Part shown: positions 10,146 through 21,834 of the stretch, one piece after another
Position numbering within the stretch: the stretch's first letter is position 1
Layout of the letters: every line of letters starts with the position of its first letter
DNA from: an uncultured Poribacteria bacterium
Lineage (GTDB): Bacteria > Poribacteria > WGA-4E > WGA-3G
NCBI GenBank assembly: GCA_958296135.2
Contig: CATQHZ020000001.1
Coordinates: 1,088,001-1,152,000, forward strand
DNA length: 64,000 bases
Direction: 5' to 3'
Program-made: the position numbers and the translations under genes
The notes under the pieces: generated by a model
Told to the model about the DNA's origin: nothing
The model's database searches: none
The model's input: the letters and a program-made list of their open reading frames with translations, nothing else

Positions 10146-10784
10146 ATGAAAACAGAGCCTGTTTTGGATACGGAGGCTATAGTCAGCAAGCGCCTTGAAA
10201 GCCTTTTTACGTGCCAAGAGGCCAGACCTGAGGCGTTAACCGACATTGAACTCGCCCGATTAACGCCTTTTCAGCGCGCGCTGCTTGCTACTGATGGCAC
10301 CGTCACGCGCTTTATTGAGACTTACACGCTCTCACCGGTGGAGATTACCCTTCTGCATCAAGAAGAACAGACGTTACCGGATGGGCATATTTGGCTGGAA
10401 CTTTCGTGTAGCGGGGAGGTTGTCTTCCGAGAAGTGCTGCTCCAAACGCCGGCCGCGGCGGGCCAATCGCAGCGCATCCATGCCTATGCGGTATCCGAAA
10501 TTGTTCCCCACCGTTTGCCAAAATACCTTTGGGATGGGGTGACCTCGGGTAAACAAGGGCTCGGCAGGCTTTTGTTAACCAGTCGGTTGGAGACCCGCCG
10601 CGAACTGTTATGGTGGGGTGTTGAACAGGGAGTCAATTTGCCGGATGTTATCAAGCCTCTTGAGTCCGAATCGTTCCTCAGCCGCACCTATCGGATAGTC
10701 GCCGATGGCATTCCGCTCATGTTGATTACCGAGAAGTTTCCACTGAAGGTAGACTTGAATTGGCGGCGACATTGTTCCGAATGA
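10146..10784 (+). CDS. Chorismate pyruvate-lyase family protein (UbiC/Rv2949c/DUF98-like)
   Basis: FQRALLATDGTVTRFIE, REVLL, GLGRLL, SRTYRI...PLMLITEKFP. Confidence 0.85.
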   Translation: MKTEPVLDTEAIVSKRLESLFTCQEARPEALTDIELARLTPFQRALLATDGTVTRFIETYTLSPVEITLLHQEEQTLPDGHIWLELSCSGEVVFREVLLQTPAAAGQSQRIHAYAVSEIVPHRLPKYLWDGVTSGKQGLGRLLLTSRLETRRELLWWGVEQGVNLPDVIKPLESESFLSRTYRIVADGIPLMLITEKFPLKVDLNWRRHCSE

Positions 10785-10918
10785 CGATGTGCTGTGGCTC
10801 GGCTGCATGGCCGAGGTGCGGATTTCCAACATCGCGCGCACGCAAATGGACAAAGGCATTGAAGGCGTGCTGGCTGTGAATCCGATGGATACATTGGCGA
10901 CGACGTGGGGCACCCTGC
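10759..10918 (+). pseudogene. Remnant of a LamG-like jellyroll protein C-terminus with LATTWG motif
   Basis: Frame from 10759 reads IGGDIVPNDDVLWLGCMAEVRISNIARTQMDKGIEGVLAVNPMDTLATTWGTLQ; N-terminal portion absent. Confidence 0.6.
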
Positions 10919-10920
10919 AG

Positions 10921-11853
10921 TCAAAACGGAAATTCGATTGACAGCGTTGATAGGAACTCGTTCGCTACTGTGCGATTGTAAACGCGCGCTGCAATGACGG
11001 AACCGTAGATATTGCCGAGATAGAAAGCACCGCTGATGGTGCCGAAAGTCCAGCCTTTCACTGATGTGATGCCATCTCTGCTGAAGCCGTCGTAAGCCTG
11101 CCAGCCAGTTAACCCGACAACGATAAGGCTGGCGATGGCATCGCTGGTGCGTCCGGTGTAAAGCCGCCCGGCTCCCGGCAGTGCTGTGGAGAGGAGCCCG
11201 GCTAGGAACGGGCTTCGGCTGGGGAGGCGCGCGCCTTGCTCGGCATAATGGTGATATTCCGCCGCTTTGTGCCTGACAGATTCTACCGCTGCTCCTTGCA
11301 ACGCCTTGAAAACTTCGCCTGCCGCGCGCCACTGCTTTTGCATCAGATAAGCGAGCCCGATGAGTTGTTGGGATTCGGCGTGTTGCCGCGCGGCCGTGAT
11401 GCGCGGCAACGTCTCTTGCAGAAACCGAGCGGTGTCCGCAAACTGCTCCATGATGAAATAGGAGACACCAATCTGGTAGTAGGCACGGCTCGCGAAAGTG
11501 CTTTGCGGATGCCGCTGTAAAAGCGTTTCAAAAGTATCAATTGCCTGCTTCGGTTTCCCGCCAAAACGATAACAGAGGGCGATTTGATAGTGGATGCCAA
11601 CGTTATCGCCCGTGGCGCGGCGGTTTGTCCCCTGCGCTTGCTCAGGCGCGCTTCGCAAACGCGCGTAATAGAGGTACCGTTGATACTCCCCGGCGGCGCG
11701 CAGATAATCGCCTTCCTCAAATAAGAAATCGGCGAATTGCAGGACATTTTCGGGGCTGTAATAGTCCACCTGCGCCTCGGCTACACTCGCGAGGCTGATG
11801 AGAATCATGAACGCAAGCTTAAAACGTCGCATAAGCTGAAACCGGGTCTGCAT
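10921..11853 (-). CDS. Secreted TPR protein with C-terminal TM2-like domain (paralogue of 9161-10030)
   Basis: FADFLFEEGDYLRAAGEYQR, LLSTALPGAGRLYTG. Confidence 0.82.
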   Translation of the reverse strand: MQTRFQLMRRFKLAFMILISLASVAEAQVDYYSPENVLQFADFLFEEGDYLRAAGEYQRYLYYARLRSAPEQAQGTNRRATGDNVGIHYQIALCYRFGGKPKQAIDTFETLLQRHPQSTFASRAYYQIGVSYFIMEQFADTARFLQETLPRITAARQHAESQQLIGLAYLMQKQWRAAGEVFKALQGAAVESVRHKAAEYHHYAEQGARLPSRSPFLAGLLSTALPGAGRLYTGRTSDAIASLIVVGLTGWQAYDGFSRDGITSVKGWTFGTISGAFYLGNIYGSVIAARVYNRTVANEFLSTLSIEFPF

Positions 11854-12301
11854 ATTTTCCTGTCACGGTATCTTTATGATAATGCGCCGCTTGCGAACCG
11901 TTGCATCGGAGGAGCCGGTCTGCCGTGAGCAAAATGCCGCGCAACACACCGTATTTTTGGATACATGCCATCCCAAAGCGCGAACAGGACGGCTGGAAAT
12001 TGCATGTCGGCCTGTCTTGGCTGGAGATGAATTTCTGATAGAGCCGAATGAGCCCTGTGGCGGCCCACTTGAGCTCCGACGTTTCTTGCGGGTTAAAGCG
12101 GCTTGGCGCGGCCCAGGCCCTCGCCCTCGCCCTCGCCCTATGGGTGGCATGGGAGAGGCTGCCTGCCTTCTGCGGTTTAGGCGTTTGGTTGAGAGCGATG
12201 ATAGGGTTCACTTTGCGGATAAAACCCAGGTCATCGGCTTCTCCTGCGAGTGCAGGCGAAACGAGAATGACAGCCATCAGCAGAGAAAGATAGTTTACCA
12301 T
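11819..12301 (-). CDS. yidD: YidD-like membrane protein insertion efficiency factor with N-terminal signal-like extension
   Basis: LIRLYQKFISS...CNFQPSCSRFG...G..RG.LLTADRLLRCN. Confidence 0.8.
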   Translation of the reverse strand: MVNYLSLLMAVILVSPALAGEADDLGFIRKVNPIIALNQTPKPQKAGSLSHATHRARARARAWAAPSRFNPQETSELKWAATGLIRLYQKFISSQDRPTCNFQPSCSRFGMACIQKYGVLRGILLTADRLLRCNGSQAAHYHKDTVTGKYADPVSAYATF

Positions 12302-13029
12302 TTGACCTCGGTTACCTTCACGGATGCCGGTAGGGTGAAGGTTAATATCGGATGTGGCGGCGCCGCGTTCACCTGCGGATGGCTATAGAGGATACGTTCA
12401 CGCTGGACCGGCTCAGACTTCCCTGCATAAAGCGTAGCACTTACTTCCATTGGGATATAGGTGTCGCCGAGTTTGCTGTGGTGCTGATAATGCGATGTTG
12501 CGGCAAGACGGCCATCAGGATTTTTGACTTCCGCGGAGATGAGCCTATCCTCGCGCATTCCCAGGAGAACCTCGCCGAGTTTATCCTTCGCCTTCTCTGG
12601 CGGCTTCCAATAGGTATAGAGCACCGCATCCTTCACATCGTGTCTGTCCAGAGAATATCCCATCGCGGTTAACCCATATTCCGCCTGCGTTGACTGGATG
12701 ATGGCTTCCACAAACGGGAGCGGTATTCGCCCCTCGGAGATGAACCGAAACGCCTGCTTCTCCACGGGATAGTAAATTTCCAGCACCTTGCCTTTTACGA
12801 GCATAATTTGCGAGAGTGGCTCTGTCACCTCCACGACAACCCGCTTCGCCTTCGCGTCATAGTGGAGGGTGCCAGATGTTGTTTCGGTTGTGCCTTTCTC
12901 GGTTAATTCGCGCGTGAAATCGAGGGAAAGCGTTTTTATCGGCGCGGCGGAAAGCGCGGGCGCGAGAAGCAACGTGATGAAGAATTGAAGGGTTGTAGAC
13001 ATCTGTTTTAATGATATTTTCTTCATCAT
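12295..13029 (-). CDS. LolA-like outer-membrane lipoprotein carrier-fold protein
   Basis: Signal peptide, TLSLDFTRE...SGTLHY, EVTEPLSQIM, C-terminal FTLPASVKV. Confidence 0.6.
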   Translation of the reverse strand: MMKKISLKQMSTTLQFFITLLLAPALSAAPIKTLSLDFTRELTEKGTTETTSGTLHYDAKAKRVVVEVTEPLSQIMLVKGKVLEIYYPVEKQAFRFISEGRIPLPFVEAIIQSTQAEYGLTAMGYSLDRHDVKDAVLYTYWKPPEKAKDKLGEVLLGMREDRLISAEVKNPDGRLAATSHYQHHSKLGDTYIPMEVSATLYAGKSEPVQRERILYSHPQVNAAPPHPILTFTLPASVKVTEVKW

Positions 13030-13166
13030 AAAACCTCTTGTAGGGGAGTTAGTTGCGCTTCGCTGATTTTACTTCATTATTTTATCACATGCCACACATT
13101 CTCGCAATACTTTTTTTTGCAAAATATGCTATAATGATTTCACATCACCTAAAAAAGGAGTTTGGT

Positions 13167-14678
13167 ATGAGCCAAGAAGAGAAAAAAGACACGGAAGAGA
13201 AGGCATCTGACGAGAAGTCGCTGCCGCCTGCCGAAGATAACCTCTCTGTCACGCACCATAGCGTTACAATAAACGGGGAGGAGATTCGCTATACCGCTAC
13301 CACCGGCACCCTCGTTCTCAGCGAGGAGAGCGAGAAAGAGGGCGAAAAGGCGAAGGCATCTGTTTTCTTCGTCGCCTATACCCGCGATGATGTGGAGGAC
13401 GTTGCGCACCGGCCGATAACGTTCTCTTTCAATGGCGGCCCCGGTTCCTCCTCTGTCTGGTTGCATTTGGGCGTCCTCGGTCCGCGCCGTATCAAGCCTG
13501 ATGTGACAGAGGCCCCGCCGAAACCGCCCTATCAACTTATCGATAACGATTTCTCCATTTTGGATAAGACTGACTTGGTTTTCATCGATCCGGTTAGCAC
13601 CGGTTTCAGCCGGGCGGTGCCAGGCGAAGAGGCAAAACAGTTCCACGGGTTCAAGAAGGATATTGAGTCTGTCGGCGATTTTATTTTGCTGTACCTGGGG
13701 CGTTACAAACGTTGGAGTTCGCCGAAGTTTCTCATCGGAGAAAGTTACGGGACAACTCGCGCCGGCGGACTTTCCGGCTATTTGCAGGAGCAGCACGGCA
13801 CCTACCTCAACGGCATCATGCTTGTCTCGGTGGTGTTGAATTTCCAGACGATTCTGTTTGGCCCCGGCAACGATTTGCCCTATATCCTCTTTCTGCCGAC
13901 TTACGCGGCAGCCGGGCTTTATCATAAGAAGTCGAAAGCCAGCGAGGAAATGCCCCTTGCCCCGGGTCAGGTTGAGAACCATTTTTACGCTACCTTGGAC
14001 GAAGTGAAGGAATTCGCGATGGGCGAGTACACGCTCGCGTTGATGCAGGGTTCCGAGATTCCGCCCGGCAAGCGTGCCGATATTATTAAACGGCTGGCGG
14101 AGTATACCGGCCTGTCACCAGAATACATCGACAGGACAGACCTGCGGATTGGGATTTCCCGATTTTGCAAGGAGCTGCTCCGCGACGAGGAACGCACCGT
14201 CGGAAGGTTTGATAGCCGCTACACGGGCATCGACCGGGATTCAGCGGGTGAGTCCGTTGAATACGACCCGAGTTTTGCGATAATTCAGGGTGCCTACACC
14301 GCCACACTCAACGACTACGTCCGGCGGGAATTGGCATTTGAGTCCAACCTGCCGTATGAAATCCTTAGCCGCCGCGTCCATCCGTGGAACTTTGATGAAC
14401 ATCAGAACCAGTATGTCAACGTTGCCGATACGCTCCGCAAGGCGATGACGATGAATCCGGCGTTGAAAGTCTTTGTCGCCAGCGGCTATTACGATTTAGC
14501 GACGCCGTATTTGGCGACGGAATACACCTTCACGCATCTTGGGCTGGACAAGTCCTTGCAGGCCAACATCACGATGGCGTACTACAAGGCGGGGCACATG
14601 ATGTATATTGACATGGCCGAGTTGGCGCGGATGAAGGTAGATTTGGATGCGTTCCTTGACAGCGCGCTGCCCGGTTAA
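13167..14678 (+). CDS. Peptidase S10 serine carboxypeptidase
   Basis: FNGGPGSSS, FIDPVSTGFS, GESYG, YDLATP, GHMMY. Confidence 0.93.
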   Translation: MSQEEKKDTEEKASDEKSLPPAEDNLSVTHHSVTINGEEIRYTATTGTLVLSEESEKEGEKAKASVFFVAYTRDDVEDVAHRPITFSFNGGPGSSSVWLHLGVLGPRRIKPDVTEAPPKPPYQLIDNDFSILDKTDLVFIDPVSTGFSRAVPGEEAKQFHGFKKDIESVGDFILLYLGRYKRWSSPKFLIGESYGTTRAGGLSGYLQEQHGTYLNGIMLVSVVLNFQTILFGPGNDLPYILFLPTYAAAGLYHKKSKASEEMPLAPGQVENHFYATLDEVKEFAMGEYTLALMQGSEIPPGKRADIIKRLAEYTGLSPEYIDRTDLRIGISRFCKELLRDEERTVGRFDSRYTGIDRDSAGESVEYDPSFAIIQGAYTATLNDYVRRELAFESNLPYEILSRRVHPWNFDEHQNQYVNVADTLRKAMTMNPALKVFVASGYYDLATPYLATEYTFTHLGLDKSLQANITMAYYKAGHMMYIDMAELARMKVDLDAFLDSALPG

Positions 14679-14716
14679 ATGGTGAGGGTGGATTTTTATG
14701 TCCATTGTAGAAACCA

Positions 14717-15763
14717 ATGAGTTACCAAAGAGAATTTGAGAACCGATTGAACGTTGCTGTCGTCGGGGTTGGTTTGCACGGCTATCGGAACGTTTTGCCG
14801 ACGCTGACTTTCCTGCCGATTCGGCTGCAGGCGTTTTGTGATGTCGATATCGCCCGTGCCCGAATCACTGCGGAACAATACGGCGTGAAGGCGTGTTATG
14901 AGAACATGGCAGACATGTTCCGGAACGAGGAATTGGATGCCATCTTCCTCTGTGTGCCACCGCGGTTGCACCCGGTGCTGGCCTGCGAGGCGTTGGATGC
15001 CGGTGTGCATGTGTGGCTAGAAAAACCACCGGGGATGTTCGCCGCCGAGGTAGAGGAAATCATTCGCCACCGGAACGATAAGGTGGTGGTTGTCGGCTTC
15101 AAAAAGGCGTTCATGCCTGCGACGGAGAAAATCATTGAAATTTTCGGCACGGCGGGATATGGGCCTTTACGCACTATCTTGGGCGTTTATCCGATGACAA
15201 TCCCCAAAGATGGCAAGCGTGTTCTCCGCGAGGGTGAACATACCAATTGGCTCCAAAACGGGTGCCATCCGTTGTCACTGCTCGTGGCAGTCGGCGGGAA
15301 AGTCTCGGCTGTCACCGTGCATGTAGGCCGGCGCGGCGGTGGCGCGTGCATCTTAGAATACGCCAGCGGCGCACTCGGAAATTTCCACTTGGCAGATGGT
15401 GCCCGCCACGGACAACCCTCGGAGCGTTACCAGTTTTTCGGTGATGGATGCCATGCGGAGATTACCAACGGCGACAGGGTTTTGCTACAACGCGGGATGC
15501 GTTTTGATTACCGCGGCAGCACCAGTTTCGTGCCGGAAGGTTTTGACAGCGGTGCTATCGTCTGGGAACCGCAAAACAGCCTTGGCACGTTGGAAAACAA
15601 GGGGCTTTTCATCCAAGGGTTTTACCAAGAGATGCGCTATTTCTGCGACTGCATTCTGGAAGGCAAGCCTGCAGAACGGGGCTCGCTAGAATTCGCCTTG
15701 GAAGTGATGAAGGTTTACGAGGCAGGGCTCCGCTCAGAAGGGGCGAGAGTTCTGGTTCAGTAG
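14717..15763 (+). CDS. Gfo/Idh/MocA family oxidoreductase
   Basis: VAVVGVG Rossmann motif, HVWLEKP. Confidence 0.9.
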   Translation: MSYQREFENRLNVAVVGVGLHGYRNVLPTLTFLPIRLQAFCDVDIARARITAEQYGVKACYENMADMFRNEELDAIFLCVPPRLHPVLACEALDAGVHVWLEKPPGMFAAEVEEIIRHRNDKVVVVGFKKAFMPATEKIIEIFGTAGYGPLRTILGVYPMTIPKDGKRVLREGEHTNWLQNGCHPLSLLVAVGGKVSAVTVHVGRRGGGACILEYASGALGNFHLADGARHGQPSERYQFFGDGCHAEITNGDRVLLQRGMRFDYRGSTSFVPEGFDSGAIVWEPQNSLGTLENKGLFIQGFYQEMRYFCDCILEGKPAERGSLEFALEVMKVYEAGLRSEGARVLVQ

Positions 15764-15852
15764 AAGTCTTGATGGACTCGGCGGGCGCGTCCTCTGAGTC
15801 CCGCGAGAATTGGTAGGCGCGGTTTGCAATCGCGCGCTTCAGGAACAAAAGT

Positions 15853-16866
15853 ATGGAATATAGACGACTCGGCAAAAGCGGCCTCAAGGTTTCTGAAATC
15901 TGCCTTGGCACGATGACGTTCGGGCACGGCGCAGACGAGGCGGAAACCAACCGGATGATGCACTTCGCCTGGGATGCTGGCGTAAACTTTTTTGATACGG
16001 CGAATTCGTATGCCGATGGAGAGTCTGAGATGCTGCTCGGCAAGGCGCTGAAAGGCCGGCGGCGCGATGCTGTCGTCGCGACGAAGTTTTTCAATCCGAT
16101 GGGCCCCGGGCCGAACGATTCAGGGATGTCGCGCGTCCACATTATGCAGGCACTTGACGACAGTCTCAAACGGCTGCAGATGGATTACGTGGATATCTAC
16201 TACATTCACCATGTTGATACGCAAACGCCGTTAGAGGAGATGCTGCGCGCGTTGGATGATTTGGTGCGTCAGGGCAAGGTTCGTTATACGGCGTGTAGCA
16301 ACTATCAGGCGTGGCGGTTGTCCGAGGCGTTATGGCTTAGCGAGTCGCTGAACTTGGAACGGTTCGCCTGCTATCAGCCGCAATATAGCCTTGTCGTGCG
16401 GGATATTGAGCAAGAGTTGGTGCCGCTCTGCGAATACAAGGGGCTGGGCATCGTTGTCTGGAGTCCGTTGGCTGGCGGGTTTTTATCTGGCAAATACCGG
16501 CTGGGAGAGCGCACGCAGGGCGGCACGCGTTCCGCCGAGGGATGGGCGTATCCGCAACGCTATTTCGCCGCGAACGCTGACGAGACGCTGCAGACGCTCT
16601 ACGACGTTTCCGATGAGTTGGGCTATAGTCCCGCGCAAGTCGCGCTTCGATGGGTGCTGGAGCGGCGCGCTATAACTTCGGTGATTGTCGGCGCAAGACA
16701 CGCCGAGCATCTCCGCGATAACTTGGGTGCTGCAGGGTGGCGGCTAGCGGGAGAAGCACTTCAGCAACTGAACGCTGTCTCGCATCTGCCAGCCCGGTAC
16801 CCGGAAGCGATGGAGAAGGACATGCACGAACGCCGCGATAGTGCCGTGAAGATGCCCCTGCGATAA
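15853..16866 (+). CDS. Aldo/keto reductase
   Basis: LGKSGLKVSEICLGTMTFG, FDTANSY, WSPLAGGFLSGKY. Confidence 0.95.
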   Translation: MEYRRLGKSGLKVSEICLGTMTFGHGADEAETNRMMHFAWDAGVNFFDTANSYADGESEMLLGKALKGRRRDAVVATKFFNPMGPGPNDSGMSRVHIMQALDDSLKRLQMDYVDIYYIHHVDTQTPLEEMLRALDDLVRQGKVRYTACSNYQAWRLSEALWLSESLNLERFACYQPQYSLVVRDIEQELVPLCEYKGLGIVVWSPLAGGFLSGKYRLGERTQGGTRSAEGWAYPQRYFAANADETLQTLYDVSDELGYSPAQVALRWVLERRAITSVIVGARHAEHLRDNLGAAGWRLAGEALQQLNAVSHLPARYPEAMEKDMHERRDSAVKMPLR

Positions 16867-16936
16867 AAAGGTGAACCTTTCTGCATCTTATTTGTCTAAA
16901 AATAGCAAAGATGCATCTAGAAAGGAGGGATTTGCG

Positions 16937-19003
16937 ATGGGAAAATGGAAAGTTATCACAATTCTCGGCGTGATTGTGGTTGTCGTGGGAGCCGCAGTCG
17001 CTGTCGGACGCATCGTCTTTGCAACAAAAGCAGGCAACAACGGTGCCGATACGCCGGCAATTCAGACTGCAACAGTGGCACGGGGCGACATCGCTGTAAC
17101 TATTGACGCGACCGGCACCATCAAACCGCTGAATATCGTTGAAGTTAGTTCCAAAGCGAGTGGGAAGATTTTGGAATTGAAAGTGGATGCCGGCGATTAC
17201 GTTGAAAAGGACGACATTGTTGCTGTGATTGAGACTACCTACGTTCAGATTAGTTTAGAGCAGGCGAAGGCAGACTTACGCGCTTCCGAGGCACGCTTGC
17301 AACAGGCGGAGATTGACATCCAGCTCCAGCGCGAGCAGTCGAAAATCCAAATTCGGCAAGCCCGCGAGGCACTCGCCGAGGCGGAGAAACGGCTGGAACA
17401 ACTCACCGAGCAGATTCGGCTGGAGAAGGTAGCCAACAAACGTGGTATCATGGATGCTGAGAATAGCTTGAATATGGCGGGAATCCGTTACAAACTGCTC
17501 ACGTCTGGAGAGGTGCGGGAGGAGAGCAAGCGGCGCGCGGAAGCTACCGTGGAGCAAGATTTGGCGAGTTTCGATCTGGCGAAGGCGGAGGATGCGCGGA
17601 ATCAGCAGCTCTTTGAGAAAAAACTGATTTCACAAGCCGCCTTGGATGCCTCGCGTGCTCAGTTACGCGCCGCAGAGGCACGCTATAAATCCTCGGCCGA
17701 ACAACTCAAGTTAGTGGAGCAGCCGGCGAGTGAGGCGGAGTTGGAATTGGCGAGCGCGGATATTAAAAAGGCGGAGTTCGCCCTTGAGCTCGCCAATGAA
17801 CGCGTGGCCGCTGAAGAATCGCGAGATATGGATATTCCGCTTCAGAAAAACCGCATCGCGCAAGCACAAGACGCGCTGAACCTCGCACTCACTAACCAGA
17901 AACAGATCGCCCGGAAGGAACGCGACCTGGAGACAGCGGGTGCATCGCTTAAACGCAGCCAAGGCCAACTCGATCTTCGTCAAATTGAGTATGAGGATAC
18001 CGTCATCAAAGCCCCCATCTCCGGCACCATTTTGGAGAAGAAGGTTGAGGAGGGACAGGTTATCACCTCACGTCTCTCATCCCTCGCCTCTTCAGAGGGA
18101 CAGACGATTGTGACAATGGCAGACTTGGACACCGTTTACGTCGTCACCGAAGTTGACGAGACGGATATCGGCAAGGTGCAGATAGGGCAACCGGTAACGA
18201 TTACGGTGGAGGCATATCCGGACATGCCTTTTGCAGGCGAAGTCCTGAAAATCGCGCCACAAGGACAGGTAATCCAGAATGTCACAACCTTTGAAGTCAC
18301 TTCCGAATTGAAAAACGTTGGCGCGCGCGAAACGGCGCGTGGCCCAGGGCGACGCCAAGGTGGATGGCCCGGCGGTGATAGTGCCAATCTGACAGCGGAG
18401 CAACGCGAACGTTTCCGCGCGATGCGGCAGCAGGCTCAAGCCCAAGGGGGAGCTGGTGGTGAAGGCATGCGTCGGCCGCCCGCGACTGAAGAGACTCCGG
18501 CGCAGCCAGAGGCACCCACCCTTGCGAAATCGGACGAAGACGAAACAGAGGGAGCCGATGATTGGGGCAGTCTCTTTGGCGGATTTTTTGAGGAACAACC
18601 CCCGGATGCAGCACCAAGTCTAGCGCAAGAAACAAAGCCTGAGGCAGAAAAAATGCCGTTCCTCAAACCCGGCATGAACGCTTCTGTCCAAATATCTGCT
18701 GTCAACAAGGTAGGCATTCTGACGCTGCCTAATGAGGCAATCCTTGATATGCGCGGGAGAAAAATGGTGAGAGTCGTTGGAGTTGATGGGCAACCTGGCC
18801 GCCCGCAGCCCATCGCCGCTGGCGTGAGCAGTTTTGACAAAACTGAGATTATCTCTGGGCTCGCCGAGGGAGATGTCGTTGCCATCGGCGGCGGTTTCGC
18901 GCGCGGCGGTGGCGGGAATCGTGAAGAGTGGCGACGTAGGATGCAGAATCCTGCCTCCACAATGCGCCGGATGGGCGGGGGTGGCGGCCCGAGGGGCAGA
19001 TAG
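16937..19003 (+). CDS. Efflux RND/MacA-type periplasmic adaptor with long coiled coil
   Basis: ATGTIKP, VSSKASGKI, IKAPISGTI, VDETDIGKV, LKPGMNA. Confidence 0.9.
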   Translation: MGKWKVITILGVIVVVVGAAVAVGRIVFATKAGNNGADTPAIQTATVARGDIAVTIDATGTIKPLNIVEVSSKASGKILELKVDAGDYVEKDDIVAVIETTYVQISLEQAKADLRASEARLQQAEIDIQLQREQSKIQIRQAREALAEAEKRLEQLTEQIRLEKVANKRGIMDAENSLNMAGIRYKLLTSGEVREESKRRAEATVEQDLASFDLAKAEDARNQQLFEKKLISQAALDASRAQLRAAEARYKSSAEQLKLVEQPASEAELELASADIKKAEFALELANERVAAEESRDMDIPLQKNRIAQAQDALNLALTNQKQIARKERDLETAGASLKRSQGQLDLRQIEYEDTVIKAPISGTILEKKVEEGQVITSRLSSLASSEGQTIVTMADLDTVYVVTEVDETDIGKVQIGQPVTITVEAYPDMPFAGEVLKIAPQGQVIQNVTTFEVTSELKNVGARETARGPGRRQGGWPGGDSANLTAEQRERFRAMRQQAQAQGGAGGEGMRRPPATEETPAQPEAPTLAKSDEDETEGADDWGSLFGGFFEEQPPDAAPSLAQETKPEAEKMPFLKPGMNASVQISAVNKVGILTLPNEAILDMRGRKMVRVVGVDGQPGRPQPIAAGVSSFDKTEIISGLAEGDVVAIGGGFARGGGGNREEWRRRMQNPASTMRRMGGGGGPRGR

Positions 19004-19069
19004 GCGTTCCTCTGGTAGGAGCGATGTCCACATCGCGACTCCCCGGCAGGAGCGACAAGGAGGAAAACT

Positions 19070-20281
<1,212 letters not shown>

Positions 20282-20459
20282 AATGCTGAGATTCTGTTTC
20301 CGGTAGGCGCGGTTTCCGCCTGGGCCTCGAGTAGGTTGCGCGCTTTCAAAGCGCGCCTGCCGGCACTTATACCAAATGAATAAGGACAGGCCGGACGCAA
20401 ATGCCATTACTTTTCCATGCACGGGTGTTGAGTCTGCGTAAGTCCTCTAAGGAATTAAT

Positions 20460-21176
20460 ATGTCAAAAATAGCAGTCATTTCAGGCGTGGGTCCTGGCTT
20501 AGGCGCGGCACTCGCCCGTAAATTTGCACACGAAGGATGCAGCGTTGCGTTGCTCGCGCGCTCAGCGGCCTACATTCATCACTTGGAAAGAAAATTGGCG
20601 GAGACAGGTGCGACAGCCTTACCTATTCCGACAGATATTGCGGATGCGGCGCAGGTAGCGCGGAGTTTTGCGCGCATTCGTGAGGAATTAGGTGCGCCCG
20701 ATATTTTGATTAATCACGCGGGCAACGCGGCCTGGGGGACTTTCGCGAACCTCACACCGGAGGCGTTTGAAGGTTCATGGCGGGTTTGCACACTCGGTGG
20801 GTTTCTGTGTTCCAAACAGGTGGTGCCGGGGATGCTTGAGAAAGGCGGGGGTTGCATTCTGTTCACGGGGGCAACTTCTTCCGTGCGCGGCAGAGCGGGC
20901 GCGTTAGCGTTCAGCAGTGCGAAGTTTGCGACGCGCGGCTTGGCATCGGCACTTGCACGTGAGGTGGGGCCGCACGGCATCCATGTCGCACATGTAATTA
21001 TTGATGGGGTTATTGATACGCCGGGTGTCCGGGAGCGGTATCAGCTGAAACCGAATGAACCGCTGCTTGCGCCGGATGCGATAGCGGAGACGTATTGGGC
21101 TTTGGTGCAGCAGGAGCGGAGCGCGTGGAGTTTTGAGGTGGATGTCCGTCCGCATAATGAGGAATTTTTCACCTAG
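20460..21176 (+). CDS. Short-chain dehydrogenase/reductase
   Basis: GVGPGLG, FTGATSSVRG, FSSAKF, HVAHVIIDG. Confidence 0.93.
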   Translation: MSKIAVISGVGPGLGAALARKFAHEGCSVALLARSAAYIHHLERKLAETGATALPIPTDIADAAQVARSFARIREELGAPDILINHAGNAAWGTFANLTPEAFEGSWRVCTLGGFLCSKQVVPGMLEKGGGCILFTGATSSVRGRAGALAFSSAKFATRGLASALAREVGPHGIHVAHVIIDGVIDTPGVRERYQLKPNEPLLAPDAIAETYWALVQQERSAWSFEVDVRPHNEEFFT

Positions 21177-21227
21177 TGGGGCAGGAGCTCGTGCTGCGGT
21201 GGCAGTGACGTTTTTCGTGTCGGGCGC

Positions 21228-21290
21228 GGGTTCGCGAGGGGCACCCTCGGCGATTCGCGCTCGCCGGGTTTTCCCTCGCGCTACGGTGGG
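21228..21290. repeat. REP-like hairpin
   Basis: CGCGAGGG...CCCTCGCG-CTACGG inverted repeat; relatives at 63650 and inside the R-M gene. Confidence 0.65.
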
Positions 21291-21342
21291 GAGAAGCAAA
21301 TCGGCGCTGCGGTGGGATGCGGCCTCCTTCTCACGGATTCAC

Positions 21343-21834
21343 CTATTGCTGTTTTGAAAGCAAGTCGACTATCTTGTTCAACATCGGGAAGAGTCTCTCG
21401 GTGAACGCTTTTATTTCGACGTAACGTCCGAATACGTCCGCTACCTCCTCCCTCAATTTTGCTATCGCCTCGCCTTTTTTAAGCAAGTCTTGGCGGAGCA
21501 TCTCGTTTTCCCGGCGGAGTTCGTCGTTTTCCGCTTGCATGGCGTTAAGTCGCCGGTCGGTGGCACTCTGAAACTCCCGGTATTGCAGGCGGAGTCCCTC
21601 GTTTTCCTCTCGGAGTTTTTCGTTTTCCGCTTGCATGGCCTTGAGTTGCCGGTCGGCAGCACTCTGGAATTCACGTTGTTGCAGGCGAAGTTCTTCGTTT
21701 TCCTTTCGGAGTTCTTCGTTTTCCTTCTGAAGGGTATTGCACCGCCGATACAACAGAAACAATCCCAGGAAACTAAAACTAAACACGCCTATGTCAACAA
21801 TAGTCACATTGAACCAAACCAGATCCATTTCCAA
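21343..21834 (-). CDS. Membrane-anchored coiled-coil protein with an internal 35-aa repeat
   Basis: N-terminal hydrophobic helix; ENEELRxENExLRLQxREFQSAxDRxLxAMQA repeated; GGAGG RBS before TTG. Confidence 0.7.
   Translation of the reverse strand: MEMDLVWFNVTIVDIGVFSFSFLGLFLLYRRCNTLQKENEELRKENEELRLQQREFQSAADRQLKAMQAENEKLREENEGLRLQYREFQSATDRRLNAMQAENDELRRENEMLRQDLLKKGEAIAKLREEVADVFGRYVEIKAFTERLFPMLNKIVDLLSKQQ

Noticed and set aside
13149-13982. Long antisense ORFs (also 30353-31174, 43064-43960, 18436-19227)
   Set aside because: Shadows of well-supported genes on the opposite strand, expected at this GC content.
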